The notes beneath the pieces are model-generated. The model was given only the letters and a program-made list of their open reading frames with translations. It did not search any database and was not told where the DNA came from. 64,000 nucleotides of DNA, taken from assembly GCF_006345805.1 (NCBI RefSeq), contig NC_043009.1, positions 47,244,001-47,308,000 of the forward strand, written 5' to 3'. Position numbers and translations under genes: made by a program. Positions within the stretch are counted from its first letter, which is position 1. Every line of letters starts with the position of its first letter. Source of the DNA: Octopus sinensis (Eukaryota). Below, one piece after another: positions 61,498-64,000 of the stretch.

Positions 61498-62487
61498 TTT
61501 GTCCTGTCATCTGTTTCCGTGGATGCTGTCTCTTTCAGTGGCTGTGTTCTCATCCAGATGAAGTTGAGGATTACATAAATGATTATCAAAAACAAACCAA
61601 GCAAATGAACATAATGAATTGAAGAAGGTCTCCATTAACATTAGAAATGGAAATAAATGATTTAAAGTATTAGCCGACAGTGTTCTATGAATTTAATTTT
61701 CTTGGAGGAACAAGACATGTTTTTATTTAATGAAATGAGAGTAATTATTATCTTATATCATTGAAATTATTACTGTGAAACTTTTAAAATAATTCACATG
61801 AATGAAAATAAATTTTAAATAAAAAATAATTTTGGATTCAAATTTATTAAAGATTTTATAATGATGTTTGTCTCTACTTTTAATTATTTTAAAATTGCTC
61901 AGTTTTGAATGATCATTGTTTATCTGCGTCTCTTTTTCTAACACAGTTGATTAATCAGGATAAATGCAGATTAGTATATTAATTAATTGAATAGTTAATT
62001 TATTATTCAGAAACATAAGGGTTGGCAACAGGAAGGGTATCTTGCCAGACAAATCTGCCTCAATAAAAAACTCCATCCTAGAATCATGTGGTTGGTTCCC
62101 AACCACATGGTTCTGGTTTCAGTCTCACTGCATGGCACCTTGGGCAAGTGTCTTCTACTATAGCTTTGAGCTGACCAAAGCCTTATAAGAGGAATTGGAT
62201 GACAGAAGCTGAAAGAAGCCTATTGTATATCTGTGTGTCTGTGTTTGTTCCCTATGACTGCTTGACAACCAGCGTTGGTGTGTTTATGTCCACATAACTT
62301 AGCAGTTTGGCAAAAAAGACCAATGAGATAAGTACTAAGCTTCAAAAAATTGGTTTGGGGTCAATTTGCTCGATTAAAATTCTTCAAGCCATTCTCACAG
62401 CAATGACTGAAAGAAGTAGAAGATAAAAGGAAATATGAATGATATTTATTCTACAGGACAACAAAGATTTTACTACTGAAGTAAAAG

Positions 62488-64000
62488 CACGTGTTTTAGA
62501 CTAAATTGGGGATGCTGATTCCGAATCCGTGCTCAGAATTGTTCTAGCAGCCAGGATTTTGAGTTATACGCATGTACAAGATTATAACTATACTTCCGGC
62601 TAGATGTAGGCCGTATTATAAAATTTGCTACAATAAAAGCAGTCTTAATTCAAAATGAAAGAAATAACAGCAATAAAACAAATGATGAGAAAGTTAATTA
62701 TTTAGCTTAGCAATAGATGGCGCTGACATATTGTGTGCAAGTGCCAAATATGTCAGTTTGTTCTTGGTAACTCTTAGTGTCGTTTGCGCTGCCGTCACGT
62801 GTGGTATGTGTATCTCTCGCTCTGCGTGATTACTGTTTTAACTGTATTCATTGCATTAGATCATGAATAAGACAGCCTATGTGAATCACTCAGACAACTT
62901 TTGTTATGTCTGTGGAAAATTTGCTCCGCGTGACCAGTGGAAGAACATTGCCACCAAATTAAAAATTGCCTGTAAATATTATTTCAGGTGTAAAGTTGGG
63001 GACCAAGACAAGAGGTGGGTACCTCATATATGCTGCACCGTGTGTTACTCAGGGCTTACACAGTGGCTGAATGGAAAGCAGAAGGGAATGCCTTTTGCTG
63101 TATCAGTGGTATGGCATGAGCCAACCAATCATATCTCTGATTGTTACTTTTGCATGACTAATATTAGTGGTTTCTTAAAGAAGGCCAAGGCAAAAATTGT
63201 GTATGCAGATTGTAAGTCAGCTATAAAACCAGTCCCACATAACTTTGAGAACTGAGAACCCTGTCTCAATTCCTTCTCACATGCTTCACTTGAAAATCTT
63301 GACACATTGCACAGTGAGACCCCTGACTCTCCTATCAATAAAGAGTACGTAGGTGATTCTAAGAAAAATGAGCCAGGCTCATTTAATCAAGATTTGAACA
63401 ATTTAGCAAGAGACCTAGCATTGTCAAAGAAGAGGGCAGAAGTTTTGGAATCCAAACCACAATGGAATTTACTTATGGCAAGGTATGAAAATTTCCATTT
63501 TCTGTTCTCAACATAAAGGCTTATTTGTTTCAAGCAAGAAAATAATGCTTCTTTCTGTACTGACGTTAATGCAATCATGCAAAAACTAGGACACGGGCAT
63601 GTGGCTAATGAATGGAGATTGTTTATAGACTTGAATGACGTTAGCCTCAAATTATGTGTTGTCACATAATGGTAATGAAAAACGTTCCATTCTTGTGGGT
63701 CGTATTGTCAATATGGAAGAAACTTATGAATGGATGGAACTCTTTATGAATGGAGTTAATTACTCAGTTCATAAGTGGAATATTTGAGGTGATTTATAGG
63801 CGGTTTCCCTCCTCCTCAGACTGCAGTTGGGATATACCAAAAATATATGCTTCTTGTGTGTTTGGAATAGCTGTGATGACAGCAATCATTACACTGTAAA
63901 AGACTGGCCTAAAAGATTTGAGCTCATAGTTGGTCGGTACAGTGTGCAGCATATGTTACGGGTAGACCTGTAAAGGAATCTTCCTTCCACCCCTTCATAT
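62488..64000 (+). mobile_element. DDE DNA transposon, CMC/Chapaev3- or Transib-like, decayed, runs off window
   Basis: CAC terminus with GCTGATTCCGAATC subterminal motif; N-terminal Cys-rich FCYVCG..GDQDKRWVPHICC..DCYFC; downstream WRLFID and LQLGYTK remnants; superfamily naming from memory. Confidence 0.75.

Overview
Eukaryotic, AT-rich, intron- and repeat-dense DNA; the SINE/LINE content and gene architecture point to a coleoid cephalopod, most likely Octopus (inference). Three spliced host genes were rebuilt by hand with phase-consistent splice sites. (1) The 3' six exons of an FH2 formin (FHDC1/INF type, +, 1270-24910). (2) A complete FIP1L1 (-, 16 coding exons, 512 aa, 25407-53648), tail-to-tail with the formin. 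(3) A complete mitochondrial IF-3 gene MTIF3 (+, 3 exons, 223 aa, 53940-61497), head-to-head with FIP1L1 with only 291 bp between start codons. Introns hold a near-full-length CR1/L2-group LINE, a Penelope-like element, two mariners, a Chapaev/Transib-like transposon, RTE, RTE-X and RLE-clade fragments, Helitron-like elements, TTAA and hAT MITEs, and dozens of SINEs. Most ORFs in the supplied track are repeat or microsatellite artefacts. Most notable: the LINE 3' end and the commonest SINE tail share a 42-nt signal with a doubly compensated stem-loop; there are two long inverted duplications, one with clear template-switch junctions; several long fold-back hairpins sit in introns; and FIP1L1 has candidate in-frame micro-exons, one with a GC donor. 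No CRISPR array, rRNA or true tRNA gene was seen, and no wholly new system can be demonstrated from sequence alone.
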